64,000 nt of DNA from Anaerolineales bacterium (GTDB lineage: Bacteria > Chloroflexota > Anaerolineae > Anaerolineales > UBA11579): NCBI GenBank assembly GCA_019454165.1, contig CP075367.1:1278805-1342804 (forward strand), given 5' to 3'. The position numbers and the translations under genes were made by a program. The first letter of the stretch is position 1. Each line of letters starts with the position of its first letter. The notes beneath the pieces were generated by a model that did not search any database, was not told where the DNA came from, and worked only from the letters and a program-made list of their open reading frames with translations. Shown piece by piece: positions 1 to 13,465 of the stretch.

Positions 1-356
1 TCAGCGGTGGCTGCGCCCTGGCCACGATCCTGTTCCCCAAGAAGTTCACTGAGGAACTGCGGGACGCGGGCAAGGCAGCTACCATCATGGGGCTGAGCTT
101 CATTGCGGAAGGCGCGATCCCCTTTGTGATTGCGCACCCCAAGGTCGTGCTGCCCTCGATCATGACGGGCGCGGCCGTTGGCGGCGCGTTGGCAGGCCTG
201 ACGGGCATCACCCTCAGCGCACCGATCGGTGGCATTTTCACCATCCCCTTGGTGAACAATGTGCCGCTGTATCTGCTGTTCGGCGCCATCGGCACCCTGG
301 TGGCTGCGGTGATGATGGGCATGTTGTTGCCCAACGCAGAAGAAAAGAAGAAGTAG
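1..356 (+). CDS. PTS fructose-family EIIC permease, C-terminal fragment (5' end lies outside the window)
   Basis: The reading frame is open from the window edge to TAG at 354-356. The hydrophobic tail GLSFIAEGAIPFVIAHPKVVLPSIMTGAAVGG resembles the conserved EIIC (G-I-S-E-G-A-I-P-F type) motif as I recall it. EIIA and HPr genes follow. Confidence 0.75.
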   Translation, partial: SGGCALATILFPKKFTEELRDAGKAATIMGLSFIAEGAIPFVIAHPKVVLPSIMTGAAVGGALAGLTGITLSAPIGGIFTIPLVNNVPLYLLFGAIGTLVAAVMMGMLLPNAEEKKK

Positions 357-413
357 AGTACACCTCCTTGAGACCTGGCTGGCTGGCGTTGTTTTGCCAG
401 CCAGCCAGGAATT

Positions 414-875
414 ATGGTTGCGAGGATCTTTTTGACCATGAACGAGATCATCACGCAAGACCTGATCGCCCTGGATGTGGCTTTGGCGGACAAAGCCGCG
501 GTGATCGCCCAGATCGCCGGCATTCTGGAGGCGGCCGGGCGGCTGACGGACCGCGAGCAGTACGTGCGGGATGTGTATGAGCGTGAGGCGATGGTGCCGA
601 CCGGCATCGGTAACCTGATCGCCATCCCGCATGCGCGCTCGGCCGGGGTGGGGGCCTCGGCGCTGGTGTATGTGCGCCTGGCGGCGCCGATCGCCTGGAA
701 CGAGGAAGAGCAGGCGCGGTATGTGTTCGGGATCGCGGTGCCGGATGACAATGCGGACAACCTGCATCTCAAGATACTTGCCAATGTGGCCAAGAAACTG
801 CTTGATGATAAAATCAAGCTGCTGATCGAAGAATCCCAATCGAAACAGGAAATTCTTGAGGCCTTGTTGGCTTAA
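414..875 (+). CDS. PTS EIIA component (fructose/mannitol/Ntr-type EIIA-2 domain)
   Basis: 153-aa ORF with LIAIPHARS (the phosphorylatable His context of EIIA-2 domains). It sits directly after EIIC. An alternative ATG start at 438 is possible. Confidence 0.8.
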   Translation: MVARIFLTMNEIITQDLIALDVALADKAAVIAQIAGILEAAGRLTDREQYVRDVYEREAMVPTGIGNLIAIPHARSAGVGASALVYVRLAAPIAWNEEEQARYVFGIAVPDDNADNLHLKILANVAKKLLDDKIKLLIEESQSKQEILEALLA

Positions 876-1645
876 TGGGTCTGTGGGGTATTCGATTTCC
901 AGAGTTTGACGACAACCATATGCCGAGCCAGAGCTCTAGAACATCGCTGCCTAAGTACCGCCAGATCGAAGAAGAGCTGCGGTACAAGATCCTGTTCGGG
1001 CACTGGAAGCCGGGACACCAGATCCTGACCGAGATGGAGCTGTGCGAGCAGTACAAGGTCAGCCGGATCACCATCCGCAAAGCCATCAATGAGTTAGAGA
1101 ATGCCGGCTACCTGGTGCGCCAGAGCGGCAAGGGCACTTTTGTCACTGACTGGCAAGAGAACCTGGAAGAGCGCCCGGTGCTCAAGAGCTTTACCAATGA
1201 AATGCACGCCCTGGGCAAGCAGGCCAGCACCATTGATGTGGAGCTGATCGAGACCCAGGCTGACAGGATCATGTCTGGCATTTTGAGCGTGCCGGAAGGC
1301 CACCCGATCATCCAGCTCAAGCGGGTGCGGGCGGTGGATGAAGGGGTAGTGATCGGCTACTCCATCAACACGTTCCCGTTCACGCGTGAGTTCTCGACCA
1401 ACCCGAACGACTACTACGAATCGTTCTACGAATACCTGGGCAAGTTCGGCATCTTCTTCACCTCGGCGCTGGACTATCTGGAGGCGATGCTGCCTCCGCC
1501 CGAGGTGGCGCAGAAGCTGCGTATTGCCGAGTCTGAGCCGGTGCTGAAAAGCGTCAAGATCAGCCACAGCACGGACCGGCTGTTTACCGAATACAACATT
1601 TGTTACTACGTTGGCCGAGAGTACCGCTACTACGTCAAGTACTAG
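875..1645 (+). CDS. GntR/HutC-family transcriptional regulator (winged HTH plus UTRA-like effector domain)
   Basis: LPKYRQIEEELRYKILFGHWKPGHQILTEMELCEQYKVSRITIRKAINELENAGYLVRQSGKGTFV is a classic GntR HTH. The start overlaps the EIIA stop (TAATG). An alternative ATG lies at 920. Confidence 0.85.
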   Translation: MGLWGIRFPEFDDNHMPSQSSRTSLPKYRQIEEELRYKILFGHWKPGHQILTEMELCEQYKVSRITIRKAINELENAGYLVRQSGKGTFVTDWQENLEERPVLKSFTNEMHALGKQASTIDVELIETQADRIMSGILSVPEGHPIIQLKRVRAVDEGVVIGYSINTFPFTREFSTNPNDYYESFYEYLGKFGIFFTSALDYLEAMLPPPEVAQKLRIAESEPVLKSVKISHSTDRLFTEYNICYYVGREYRYYVKY

Positions 1646-1708
1646 CCAGCTTCGCCCATTACAGAGCTTGCAGAGAATGGACTCGGCCTCCGTGAGGAGA
1701 AGCGGACT

Positions 1709-1972
1709 ATGAAAGCTATCGAACTGATCATTCAGAATGAAGTTGGGCTGCATGCCCGCCCGGCGACCTTGTTCGTCAAAACTGCCCAGAAACACGAGGC
1801 TGAGATCATCGTTACTTTTGACGGTAAGCAGGTGAGCGCCAAGAGCCTGCTGGGGCTGCTGACCCTGGCGGTGACCAAGGGCTCGGTGATCTCAGTGAGC
1901 GCCGATGGGGCGGATGCCGATGCGGCGCTGGCCGCGCTCAGCGAGCTGGTGGCCGGCAACTTTGGCGAATAG
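1709..1972 (+). CDS. ptsH: Phosphocarrier protein HPr
   Basis: 87 aa. NEVGLHARPA contains the His-15 phosphorylation motif and KSLLGLLTL the regulatory Ser region. A GAGGAG RBS lies upstream. Confidence 0.93.
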   Translation: MKAIELIIQNEVGLHARPATLFVKTAQKHEAEIIVTFDGKQVSAKSLLGLLTLAVTKGSVISVSADGADADAALAALSELVAGNFGE

Positions 1973-2003
1973 GGCTACTTCCTGCGGCGGGTAGGCCGCC
2001 TAA

Positions 2004-2046
2004 AAGCAATGCAGCTGTCCCCGGGGAGGGTGCAGCTGCATTGCTT
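2004..2046. terminator. Bidirectional stem-loop between the convergent ptsH and rnpB genes
   Basis: AAGCAATGCAGCTG (2004-2017) pairs perfectly with CAGCTGCATTGCTT (2033-2046). There is no long U-tract. Confidence 0.5.
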
Positions 2047-2398
2047 CCAGGCCGGTCTATAAGCCGCATTTTGTCCGGTGGGCAAGCGAGCGTACTCGCA
2101 GCACACCTGGATGATCATCTATCTGTGCAGCCTACCCGAGGCTCGAGCGCAGCGGGCCGCTGCTCACCTCTGTTTGGCCTTGCTCCGGGCGGGGGTTGCC
2201 TGGCCGCGGACATTACTGCCGCGCCGGTGAGCTCTTACCTCACCATTTCACCCTGGCCGCTTGCGCGGTGGTGTATTTCTGTGGCCCGATCCGGCAGGTT
2301 TCCCCGCCCCGGGGTTTCCCCGGCGCCATGCCCTGTGGAGTGCGGACTTTCCTCGAGCGCCCCGAAGGGTACCCGCGATCATCCGACCAACCTGGAAG
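2044..2398 (-). ncRNA. rnpB: RNase P RNA, bacterial type A
   Basis: The reverse complement reads ...GAGGAAAGUCCGCACUCCACAGGGCA...GGGCCACAGAAAUACACC...GGCCAGGGUGAAAUGGUGAGGUAAGAGCUCACCGG...ACAAAAUGCGGCUUAUAGACCGGCCUGGAAG. The universally conserved GGAAAGUCCG, ACAGAAA, AGGGUGAAA, GGUAAGAGC and CGGCUUAUAG blocks are all present. A 14-bp P1 helix forms between CUUCCAGGUUGGUC (5') and GACCGGCCUGGAAG (3'). Confidence 0.93.
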
Positions 2399-2469
2399 CG
2401 AGTATGATACAGCACAGGGCAGGGGGCGTCAAACCTTGCATGTTGGGCTCATATCTTCCTTAGTTAACC

Positions 2470-2499
2470 TTGACAGCTCTAGACCGCATGCTCTATAAT
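2470..2499 (+). promoter_or_regulatory. Consensus sigma-70-type promoter for rpoB
   Basis: TTGACA (2470-2475), an 18-nt spacer, then TATAAT (2494-2499), about 80 nt upstream of the rpoB ATG. Confidence 0.7.
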
Positions 2500-2514
2500 C
2501 ACCTGTCGCAAACT

Positions 2515-2553
2515 GGCCGCCCTTTGTGAATTTGGGAGCGGCTCGTCTTTTTT
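2515..2553 (+). promoter_or_regulatory. Possible leader hairpin plus U-tract (attenuator-like) in the rpoB 5' UTR
   Basis: GGCCGCCC (2515-2522) pairs imperfectly with GGGAGCGGC (2534-2542) and is followed by TCGTCTTTTTTCG. Confidence 0.3.
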
Positions 2554-2581
2554 CGTTGTACACCTTCTTAGGAGGCGCTGA

Positions 2582-6514
<3,933 letters not shown>

Positions 6515-6539
6515 CGGCCTACCCGAGTGCGGTTAAAAT

Positions 6540-7021
6540 CCGCCCTCGCGTACGACTGAAAATGGGCCTAGCGCCAGTTTTCAGGCTACGGAACTGAATA
6601 CCGCAGACTGATGCGGAACAGAGCCAAGTAATACAACGAGGCCATCACGACTTTGGGTGGCCTCGTACTCTGTGCGCAAAAGCATGCGCACAAAGTTTGG
6701 CGAAAGCAAAAAGCGCTTTCGCCAGCAAACCCAAGGCTTGCCCTTGGTCGTGAACAGCAAAGCTGTCCACTCACAGAGTTTGGCAAAAGCTAACAACTTT
6801 CGCCACCAGACACGCCCCGCCTGGAACGGGCGGGGTGGGGCTGGGAAAAGTACCGAGCCAGATCGTAGCAGTCTGGCCCAGTACGCAAAACGGAATAACT
6901 GGGGCAGTGGCCCTTGCGGCGGGAACCGCCGCGGCAGGTAGCAAAGATGTGTGCGGCGGAGAAAGACCGCCGCGGTAGAAGCAAGAAGGTTTTGCTGAAA
7001 GTAAGGAAACGGAGAAAAGAA
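6540..7021 (+). promoter_or_regulatory. Long, densely structured non-coding region upstream of rpsL (putative str-operon leader or unannotated RNA)
   Basis: At least eight local hairpins: 6556-6584, 6601-6616, 6638-6666, 6671-6692, 6698-6722, 6729-6746, 6811-6837 and 6858-6876. Two copies of a hairpin module lie at 6694-6726 and 6777-6807. Four alternately pairing GCGGCGG/CCGCCGC segments lie at 6916-6973. No credible ORF is present. Confidence 0.5.
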
Positions 7022-7447
7022 GTGCCGACAATCAATCAGCTAGTTCGCAAGGGCCGCAAGACCAAGCGCGGCAAAACCAAGGCGCCCGCTCTGCAGTATG
7101 TGTTGAACACGTACAAGCAGCGCCGCATCCGTCAGCCTAAGGGCGCGCCCCAGAAGCGCGGTGTGTGCACGGTTGTGCGCACCATGACGCCTAAGAAACC
7201 GAACTCTGCCTTGCGCAAGATCGCCCGTGTGCGTCTGAGCAACGGTATGGAAGTGACCGCCTACATTCCGGGTGAGGGTCACACGCTGCAGGAGCACTCC
7301 GTAGTTTTGGTGCGCGGCGGCCGTGTGAAAGACCTGCCGGGTGTGCGCTATCACATCGTACGCGGCACGCTCGACACCACCGGTGTCAATGACCGCAAGC
7401 AAGCCCGTTCCAAGTATGGCAGCAAGCGCCCCAAGGCGGGCGCATAA
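7022..7447 (+). CDS. rpsL: 30S ribosomal protein S12
   Basis: The GTG start gives [13 protein letters not shown]..., the canonical S12 N-terminus. [10 protein letters not shown] is present. The track ORF 6914..7447 has a spurious N-terminal extension. Confidence 0.97.
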   Translation: MPTINQLVRKGRKTKRGKTKAPALQYVLNTYKQRRIRQPKGAPQKRGVCTVVRTMTPKKPNSALRKIARVRLSNGMEVTAYIPGEGHTLQEHSVVLVRGGRVKDLPGVRYHIVRGTLDTTGVNDRKQARSKYGSKRPKAGA

Positions 7448-7498
7448 GTAGCTCACCCAGAAGGTGAGCTTGCCGCATTTAAGTGGAGAACAGAGTAA

Positions 7499-7969
7499 AT
7501 GGCACGACGCAGACGCCCTGACAAACGTATCAGCACCCCGGATGTGCGCTACAACAGCACCGAGGTGCAGGCTTTCATTAACCGCATGATGCTGGATGGC
7601 AAGAAGAGCACCGCCACCCGCCTCATTTATGACGCTTTTGACCTGATCGAGGCCAAGACCAAGCAGAACCCGCTGGAAGTTTTCCAGACGGCGCTGAAGA
7701 ATGTTGGCCCCAGCATGGAAGTGCGCCCCCGCCGTGTGGGTGGCTCCACCTACCAGGTGCCGATGGAAGTCAATAGCGCCCGCTCGTTCGCACTGGCAGC
7801 CCGCTGGATCGTGGCTTCGGCCCGCTCGCGCGGCGGCAAGTCGTTCGCCGAGAAGCTGGCCGGTGAGCTGAGCGAGGCCGCACAGGGGCAGGGCGCCTCG
7901 GTGCGTAAGAAAGAAGAAACCCACAAGATGGCAGAGGCCAACCGCGCCTTCTCCCATTACCGCATTTAG
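7499..7969 (+). CDS. rpsG: 30S ribosomal protein S7
   Basis: 156 aa with canonical S7 sequence (KSTATRLIYDAFDLI, VRPRRVGGSTYQVP). It follows rpsL. Confidence 0.98.
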   Translation: MARRRRPDKRISTPDVRYNSTEVQAFINRMMLDGKKSTATRLIYDAFDLIEAKTKQNPLEVFQTALKNVGPSMEVRPRRVGGSTYQVPMEVNSARSFALAARWIVASARSRGGKSFAEKLAGELSEAAQGQGASVRKKEETHKMAEANRAFSHYRI

Positions 7970-7991
7970 TTTTCGGAGCATTTAGAAGAGA

Positions 7992-10061
7992 ATGGCTAAT
8001 TACCCACTCGAGAAGTTTAGAAACATAGGCATCATCGCCCACATTGACGCCGGTAAGACCACGACCACCGAGCGTATCTTGTTCTACACCGGCAAGACGC
8101 ACCGCCTGGGTGACGTGGACGAAGGCAATACGGTTACCGACTGGATGGAGCAAGAGCGCGAGCGCGGCATTACGATCGTATCCGCCGCTGTGACCGCTGA
8201 GTGGAAGGGCCATCTCATCAACGTGATCGACACCCCGGGTCACATTGACTTTACCGCCGAAGTGCAGCGCTCCCTGCGCGTGCTGGACGGCGGTATTGTT
8301 GTGTTCGACGCCGTGATGGGCGTGGAGCCGCAGAGCGAGACCGTGTGGCGCCAGGCTGACCGTTACCAGGTGCCGCGCATCTGCTTCATCAACAAGATGG
8401 ACCGCATCGGCGCCTCGTTCGAGCGCAGCGTTGAGAGCATCCGCACCCGCCTGGGCGCCAACCCCATCGTCATGCAGCTGCCCATCGGCGCCGAATCCGG
8501 CTTCCAGGGCGTGGTTGACCTGCTGTCGATGAAATCGATCATCTGGTCGGACGATGGCAGCAAGCCCGTGGAGGGCGAGGTGCCGGCTGACCTGGTGGCG
8601 ACCGCCACCGAGCAGCGCGAGCGCATGGTGGAAGCCATCGCCGAAACTGACGACGAGCTGACCGTCAAGTACCTGGACGGCCAGGAAATTGGTATTGACG
8701 AGATGAAGGCGGCCCTGCGCCGCGCCGTCATCGCCGGCAAGGCCAACGCGATCTTCTGCGGCTCTTCTTTGAAGAACCGTGGTGTGCAGGCCGTGCTGGA
8801 TGCGGTGATCGACTATCTGCCGTCTCCGCTCGACATCCCGGCTGTGAAGGGCATTGACCCGCGCACCGAGGAAGTTGTGGAGCGCCATCCCAATAACGAT
8901 GAGCCGGCCGCTGCGCTGGTCTTCAAGATCGTGGCTGACCCGTATGTGGGCCGCCTGGCCTATTTCCGTGTGTACTCCGGCAAGGTCGAGAAGGGTGGCT
9001 CCATCTATAACCCCGTCAAGCGCCAGCGCGAACGCGTAGGCCGCTTGATCCGTATGTATGCTGACCGCCGTGAAGAGATCGACGTGGTGGAAGCCGGCGA
9101 CATTGGCGCCGTGCTGGGCCTCAAGAACTCCATCACCGGCGATACCCTGTGTGACGAGAACAAGCAGATCGTGCTGGAAGCTATCAGCTTCCCCGAGCCG
9201 GTCATCTCGATCGCGGTGGAACCCAAGACCGCAGTTGACCAGGACAAGATGGCGGAGGCTCTGCACCGCCTGGCCGAAGAAGACCCGACCTTCCGCGTCA
9301 AGTCTGACCCGGAGACGGCTCAGACGGTCATCTCCGGCATGGGCGAGCTGCACCTCGAGATCCTGGTGGACCGCATGATGCGCGAGTACGGCGTGCAGGC
9401 CAACGTTGGCCGCCCGCGTGTTGCCTATCGTGAGACGATCACCCGCGAGGTCAAGAAGGCCGAGATGCGCTACGCCAAGCAGTCCGGCGGCCGCGGTCAG
9501 TACGGCCACGTGGTGTTCGAGATGGTTCCTGACGAACCCGGCAAGGGCGTGAGCTTCGAGAACAAGGTCGTCGGTGGCGCCATTCCTAAGGAATACATCC
9601 CGGCTGTTCAAAAGGGTGTGATGGAAGCCTCAGAATCCGGCATTGTAGGCGGTTACCCTGTGGTTGACGTCAAGGTCACCCTGTACGATGGTTCGTTCCA
9701 CGAAGTCGACTCCAACGAAATGGCGTTCAAGATGGCTGCCTCCATGGCTTTCAAGGAAGGTATGCGCATCGGTAAGGCCGTGTTGATGGAGCCGATCATG
9801 AAAGTGGAAGTGACCGTGCCCGAAGAGTTCCTGGGTGACATCGTCGGCCAGCTCAGCGCTCGCCGTGGTGAGATCCAGGGTATGGATATGCGCCCCGGTG
9901 GGGTGCAGGCCATCCGCGCCATGATGCCGCTCTCGGAGATGTTCGGTTACGCCACGGAGCTGCGCTCGGCCACCAAGGGCCGCGGCGCCTTCACCATGGA
10001 ATTCGATCACTACACTCAGGTCTCGGAGAAGCTGGCCGAAGAGCTGATCAAAGCCAACTAG
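7992..10061 (+). CDS. fusA: Elongation factor G
   Basis: 689 aa with the G-domain motifs [17 protein letters not shown] and NKMD, in the str operon position. Confidence 0.98.
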   Translation: MANYPLEKFRNIGIIAHIDAGKTTTTERILFYTGKTHRLGDVDEGNTVTDWMEQERERGITIVSAAVTAEWKGHLINVIDTPGHIDFTAEVQRSLRVLDGGIVVFDAVMGVEPQSETVWRQADRYQVPRICFINKMDRIGASFERSVESIRTRLGANPIVMQLPIGAESGFQGVVDLLSMKSIIWSDDGSKPVEGEVPADLVATATEQRERMVEAIAETDDELTVKYLDGQEIGIDEMKAALRRAVIAGKANAIFCGSSLKNRGVQAVLDAVIDYLPSPLDIPAVKGIDPRTEEVVERHPNNDEPAAALVFKIVADPYVGRLAYFRVYSGKVEKGGSIYNPVKRQRERVGRLIRMYADRREEIDVVEAGDIGAVLGLKNSITGDTLCDENKQIVLEAISFPEPVISIAVEPKTAVDQDKMAEALHRLAEEDPTFRVKSDPETAQTVISGMGELHLEILVDRMMREYGVQANVGRPRVAYRETITREVKKAEMRYAKQSGGRGQYGHVVFEMVPDEPGKGVSFENKVVGGAIPKEYIPAVQKGVMEASESGIVGGYPVVDVKVTLYDGSFHEVDSNEMAFKMAASMAFKEGMRIGKAVLMEPIMKVEVTVPEEFLGDIVGQLSARRGEIQGMDMRPGGVQAIRAMMPLSEMFGYATELRSATKGRGAFTMEFDHYTQVSEKLAEELIKAN

Positions 10062-10096
10062 AACTTATATAGAAAGAATTAAAGGAGACAACAAGC

Positions 10097-11299
10097 ATGG
10101 CGAAGTCAAAGTTTGATCGCAGCAAATCGCACTTGAATGTGGGCACGATGGGACACATCGACCACGGCAAGACGACCCTGACTGCGGCGATCACCAAAGT
10201 AGCGGCCCTGATGGGCAAGGCTGAGTTCCGCGGCTACGACCAGATCGACAACGCGCCCGAGGAAAAGGAGCGCGGCATCACCATCAACATCACCCACGTC
10301 GAGTACGAGACCGAGAAGCGTCACTACGCCCACGTGGATATGCCTGGTCACCGTGACTACATCAAGAACATGATCACCGGTGCGGCCCAGGTGGACGGCG
10401 CCATCCTGGTGGTGGCGGCCCCGGACGGCCCCATGCCCCAGACGCGCGAGCATGTGCTGCTGGCCCGCCAGGTGGAAGTGCCCAGCATCGTCATCTTCCT
10501 GAACAAGGTTGACATGATGGACGACCCTGAGCTGCTGGAACTGGTCGAGCTGGAGTTGCGCGAGCTGCTGAGCAGCTACGAGTTCCCCGGCAACGAGACC
10601 CCCATCGTACGCGGCTCGGCGCTCAAGGCCCTGGAGAGCACCTCCACCGACCCGAACGCTGAGGAGTATGCTCCCATCCGTGAGCTGCTGCGCGTCATCG
10701 ATGAGTACATCCCCGAGCCGACCCGCGAGACCGACAAGCCCTTCATGATGTCGATCGAAGACGTGTTCTCGATCAAGGGTCGTGGCACCGTGGTGACCGG
10801 CCGCATTGACCGTGGTGTCGTCAAGCTGAACGACAACGTGGACATTGTGGGTCTGCGTGAGCAGCCCGGCAGCACGGTGGTGACCGGTATTGAAATGTTC
10901 CACAAGCAGCTGGATGAGGGCATGGCGGGTGACAACGCTGGCCTGTTGCTGCGTGGTGTGGACCGTGAGGGTGTGGAGCGCGGCATGGTATTGGCCAAGC
11001 CGGGCAGCATCAAGCCGCACACCAAGTTCATGAGCGAAGTGTACGTGCTGAAGAAGGAAGAAGGCGGACGCCACAAGGCCTTCTTCACCGGGTACAAGCC
11101 GCAGTTCTACATCCGCACGCTGGACGTGACGGGTGAAGTGACCCTGCCGAGCGGGGTGGAGATGGTGATGCCGGGCGACAACGTGAACCTGCAGGTGCAG
11201 TTGCAGACGCCAGTGGCGTTGGAGCAAGGCTCCAAGTTCGCCATTCGTGAAGGCGGCCTGACCGTGGGTGCTGGCGTCATCACCCAGATCTTGGAATAA
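10097..11299 (+). CDS. tuf: Elongation factor Tu
   Basis: 400 aa with [23 protein letters not shown] and NKVD. Confidence 0.99.
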   Translation: MAKSKFDRSKSHLNVGTMGHIDHGKTTLTAAITKVAALMGKAEFRGYDQIDNAPEEKERGITINITHVEYETEKRHYAHVDMPGHRDYIKNMITGAAQVDGAILVVAAPDGPMPQTREHVLLARQVEVPSIVIFLNKVDMMDDPELLELVELELRELLSSYEFPGNETPIVRGSALKALESTSTDPNAEEYAPIRELLRVIDEYIPEPTRETDKPFMMSIEDVFSIKGRGTVVTGRIDRGVVKLNDNVDIVGLREQPGSTVVTGIEMFHKQLDEGMAGDNAGLLLRGVDREGVERGMVLAKPGSIKPHTKFMSEVYVLKKEEGGRHKAFFTGYKPQFYIRTLDVTGEVTLPSGVEMVMPGDNVNLQVQLQTPVALEQGSKFAIREGGLTVGAGVITQILE

Positions 11300-11304
11300 G
11301 GAAT

Positions 11305-11619
11305 ATGGCAACTACCAAGCAGAAGATTCGTATTCGTCTCAAGGCTTACGATCACCGTGTGATCGATCAGTCGGCCAAGCGCATCGTCGAGACGGCGGAG
11401 CGCACGGGCGCCCGCGTGGTGGGGCCGGTTCCCCTGCCCACCAAGCGTGAGCTGTTCACCGTGCGCCGCTCGCCGTTCATCGACAAGGACTCGCACGAGC
11501 ACTTTGAGATCCGCACGCACAACCGCATCATCGATGTGATGGAGCCTGACTCCAAGACCATCGATATGCTCATGCGCCTCAATCTGCCGGCCGGCGTGGA
11601 CATTGAGATCAAGATCTAG
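11305..11619 (+). CDS. rpsJ: 30S ribosomal protein S10
   Basis: 104 aa. [25 protein letters not shown] is canonical S10. It starts 5 nt after tuf. Confidence 0.98.
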   Translation: MATTKQKIRIRLKAYDHRVIDQSAKRIVETAERTGARVVGPVPLPTKRELFTVRRSPFIDKDSHEHFEIRTHNRIIDVMEPDSKTIDMLMRLNLPAGVDIEIKI

Positions 11620-11862
11620 TGTTGGCGGCCAGGCCGCCGGCACTAGACAGAACGGTACCTGTTTGGTATAGTTACCGGCTGTGTGTAATGGCCTGCCCGC
11701 CGCAAGGCGGGCAGGCGTAAGTTTGAGTAGGGCAGTGTAAGAGCTGCCAGCCGGGGTGGCCCAAGGCGCCACCCACGTGCCGGCAACTGACTACGCTGCT
11801 GCGGGATGATGCGGTCTAGCCCAGACTGACAGTCCCAGAAAATTTTGTAGGAGACAAATTAA
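11620..11862 (+). promoter_or_regulatory. Structured 243-nt spacer between rpsJ and rplC (candidate r-protein autoregulatory leader or internal terminator/promoter)
   Basis: A GC-rich hairpin GCCTGCCCGCCGCAAGGCGGGCAGGC and a second hairpin GGGTGGC...GCCACCC are present. There is no ORF. The gap is unusually long for an S10 operon junction. Confidence 0.4.
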
Positions 11863-12492
11863 ATGTTCAAAGGGCTTATTGGCAAGAAAATCGGTATGAC
11901 CCAGATTTTCGACGAGCAAGGCCGCGCTGTGCCGGTCACGCTCCTCGAAGCTGGGCCTTGCTTTGTCACCCAGATCCGCCGCCCGGATGTTGAGGGCTAT
12001 AGCGCGGTGCAACTGGGCTTTGGTGAGACCAAGGCGAAGCATCTGAGCGGTGGCCAGCTGGGCCACCTCAACCGCGTCAAGGCGCCAACCTTGCGCTACC
12101 TGCGTGAATTCCGCACCAAGCAGACGGAACTAAAAGAAGGCGACACCGTGAAGGTGGATAGCTTTGCTGTTGGCGATGCTGTGGATGTCACCAGCGTCAG
12201 CAAGGGTAAGGGCTTCGCCGGCGGTATGAAGCGCCACGGTTTTGGCGGTGGTCCTATGAGCCACGGCCAATCTGACCGCCAGCGTGCGGTCGGCTCCATC
12301 GGCGCCAACACCTACCCGGGCCGTGTGTGGAAGGGCAAGAAGCTGCCCGGTCACATGGGCGTGCGCCAGGTGACCACCCTGAACCTGAAGGTTGCCTTCG
12401 TGGATGCGGAGAAGAACCTGATCGGCTTGCATGGCGCCGTTTCCGGCGGCAAGGGCACGATCGTGACCATTCGTGAGGCGCGCAAGGCGTAA
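11863..12492 (+). CDS. rplC: 50S ribosomal protein L3
   Basis: 209 aa with the canonical L3 sequence GLIGKKIGMTQIFDEQG. Confidence 0.98.
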   Translation: MFKGLIGKKIGMTQIFDEQGRAVPVTLLEAGPCFVTQIRRPDVEGYSAVQLGFGETKAKHLSGGQLGHLNRVKAPTLRYLREFRTKQTELKEGDTVKVDSFAVGDAVDVTSVSKGKGFAGGMKRHGFGGGPMSHGQSDRQRAVGSIGANTYPGRVWKGKKLPGHMGVRQVTTLNLKVAFVDAEKNLIGLHGAVSGGKGTIVTIREARKA

Positions 12493-12511
12493 GCCTGCGA
12501 GAGATTGATAG

Positions 12512-13144
12512 ATGAAACTCGACGTATATACCCTCAAAGGCACCAAGCTGGACAAGCAGGTTGAACTGCCGGCCAGCGTGTTCGAGGCGCCGATCAATGT
12601 TGACCTGATGCACCAGGCGTATACCCGCCAGATGGCGAATGCGCACCTGGGCACCCGCAAGACCAAGAACCGCGCCGAAGTGCGCGGCGGCGGTCGCAAG
12701 CCGTGGAAGCAGAAGGGTACCGGCCGCGCCCGCCAGGGCTCGATCCGTTCCCCGCAGTGGGTCGGCGGCGGCAAGGTGCACACCCCGCGCCCCAAGAGCT
12801 TCGAGCAGGACATGCCGCAGAAGATGCGCAAGGCTGCGCTGCGTTCGGCCCTCTCCTCGAAGGCGGCTGACCAGGGCATCGTGCTAGTGGAGAATTTGAA
12901 CTGGGACGAGCCCAAGACCAAGCTGGTGGCCGAGTCGCTGAGCAAGCTGGTGGGCGAGGGCAGCGTGCTGTTCGTGCTGCCGGCCAAGGACGAGAACTAC
13001 AACCATGTGGTTCGCTCCAGCCGCAACCTGCAGAGCTGCAAAGCCCTGCTGGCCAACTACTTGAACATCCGTGACCTGCTGGGTTACGACAAGCTCATCC
13101 TGCCGCTGGATGCCATCAAGGCAATCGAAAGTGCGCTGGAATAA
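12512..13144 (+). CDS. rplD: 50S ribosomal protein L4
   Basis: 210 aa. RGGGRKPWKQKGTGRARQGSIRSPQW is the L4 signature. Confidence 0.98.
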   Translation: MKLDVYTLKGTKLDKQVELPASVFEAPINVDLMHQAYTRQMANAHLGTRKTKNRAEVRGGGRKPWKQKGTGRARQGSIRSPQWVGGGKVHTPRPKSFEQDMPQKMRKAALRSALSSKAADQGIVLVENLNWDEPKTKLVAESLSKLVGEGSVLFVLPAKDENYNHVVRSSRNLQSCKALLANYLNIRDLLGYDKLILPLDAIKAIESALE

Positions 13145-13162
13145 GGCGGAGTTGGAGCTGAT

Positions 13163-13465
13163 ATGACAACCGTTTACGACATCCTGGTGCGCCCGCTGGT
13201 AACTGAGAAGACCAATTACCAGACCAGCAAGCTGCGCCAGATCACGTTCGAAGTGCATAAGGACGCCAACAAGGCCATGATCAAGGACGCCATTGAATTG
13301 GTGTTCGGGGTCAAGGTGCAGCGCGTCAACGTCATCCAGGTGGCCCCCAAGCGTGGTCGTCACGCTCGCAACCGCCAGATGCGTATCCGTAAGAGCGGCT
13401 ACAAGAAAGCCCTGGTCACGCTGATGCCTGGTGAGACCATCGATATTTTTGAAGGTGTGAAGTAA
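13163..13465 (+). CDS. rplW: 50S ribosomal protein L23
   Basis: 100 aa. [10 protein letters not shown] and the operon position support the call. Confidence 0.97.
   Translation: MTTVYDILVRPLVTEKTNYQTSKLRQITFEVHKDANKAMIKDAIELVFGVKVQRVNVIQVAPKRGRHARNRQMRIRKSGYKKALVTLMPGETIDIFEGVK

Noticed and set aside
2041-2498. Track ORFs 2041..2463 (140 aa) and 2196..2498 (100 aa).
   Set aside because: They overlap the RNase P RNA gene on the opposite strand. The sequence is fully explained by rnpB.
6520-7021. Checked whether the spacer hides tmRNA, SRP RNA, 6S RNA or a tRNA.
   Set aside because: I found no GGUUCGAAUCC-type T-arm, no tmRNA tag frame with a GGGGCUGAUUCUGGAUUCGAC-like 5' end, and no SRP GGAA/AGCAG domain-IV motif. 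I found no tRNA-like cloverleaf in any of the other intergenic regions I read either.
6581-7035. Five overlapping 66-94-aa ORFs in the rpoB-rpsL spacer, plus the 36-codon N-terminal extension of track ORF 6914..7447.
   Set aside because: They are mutually overlapping on both strands, low-complexity and without RBS. S12 clearly begins at GTG 7022 ([12 protein letters not shown]). The region is better explained as structured RNA.
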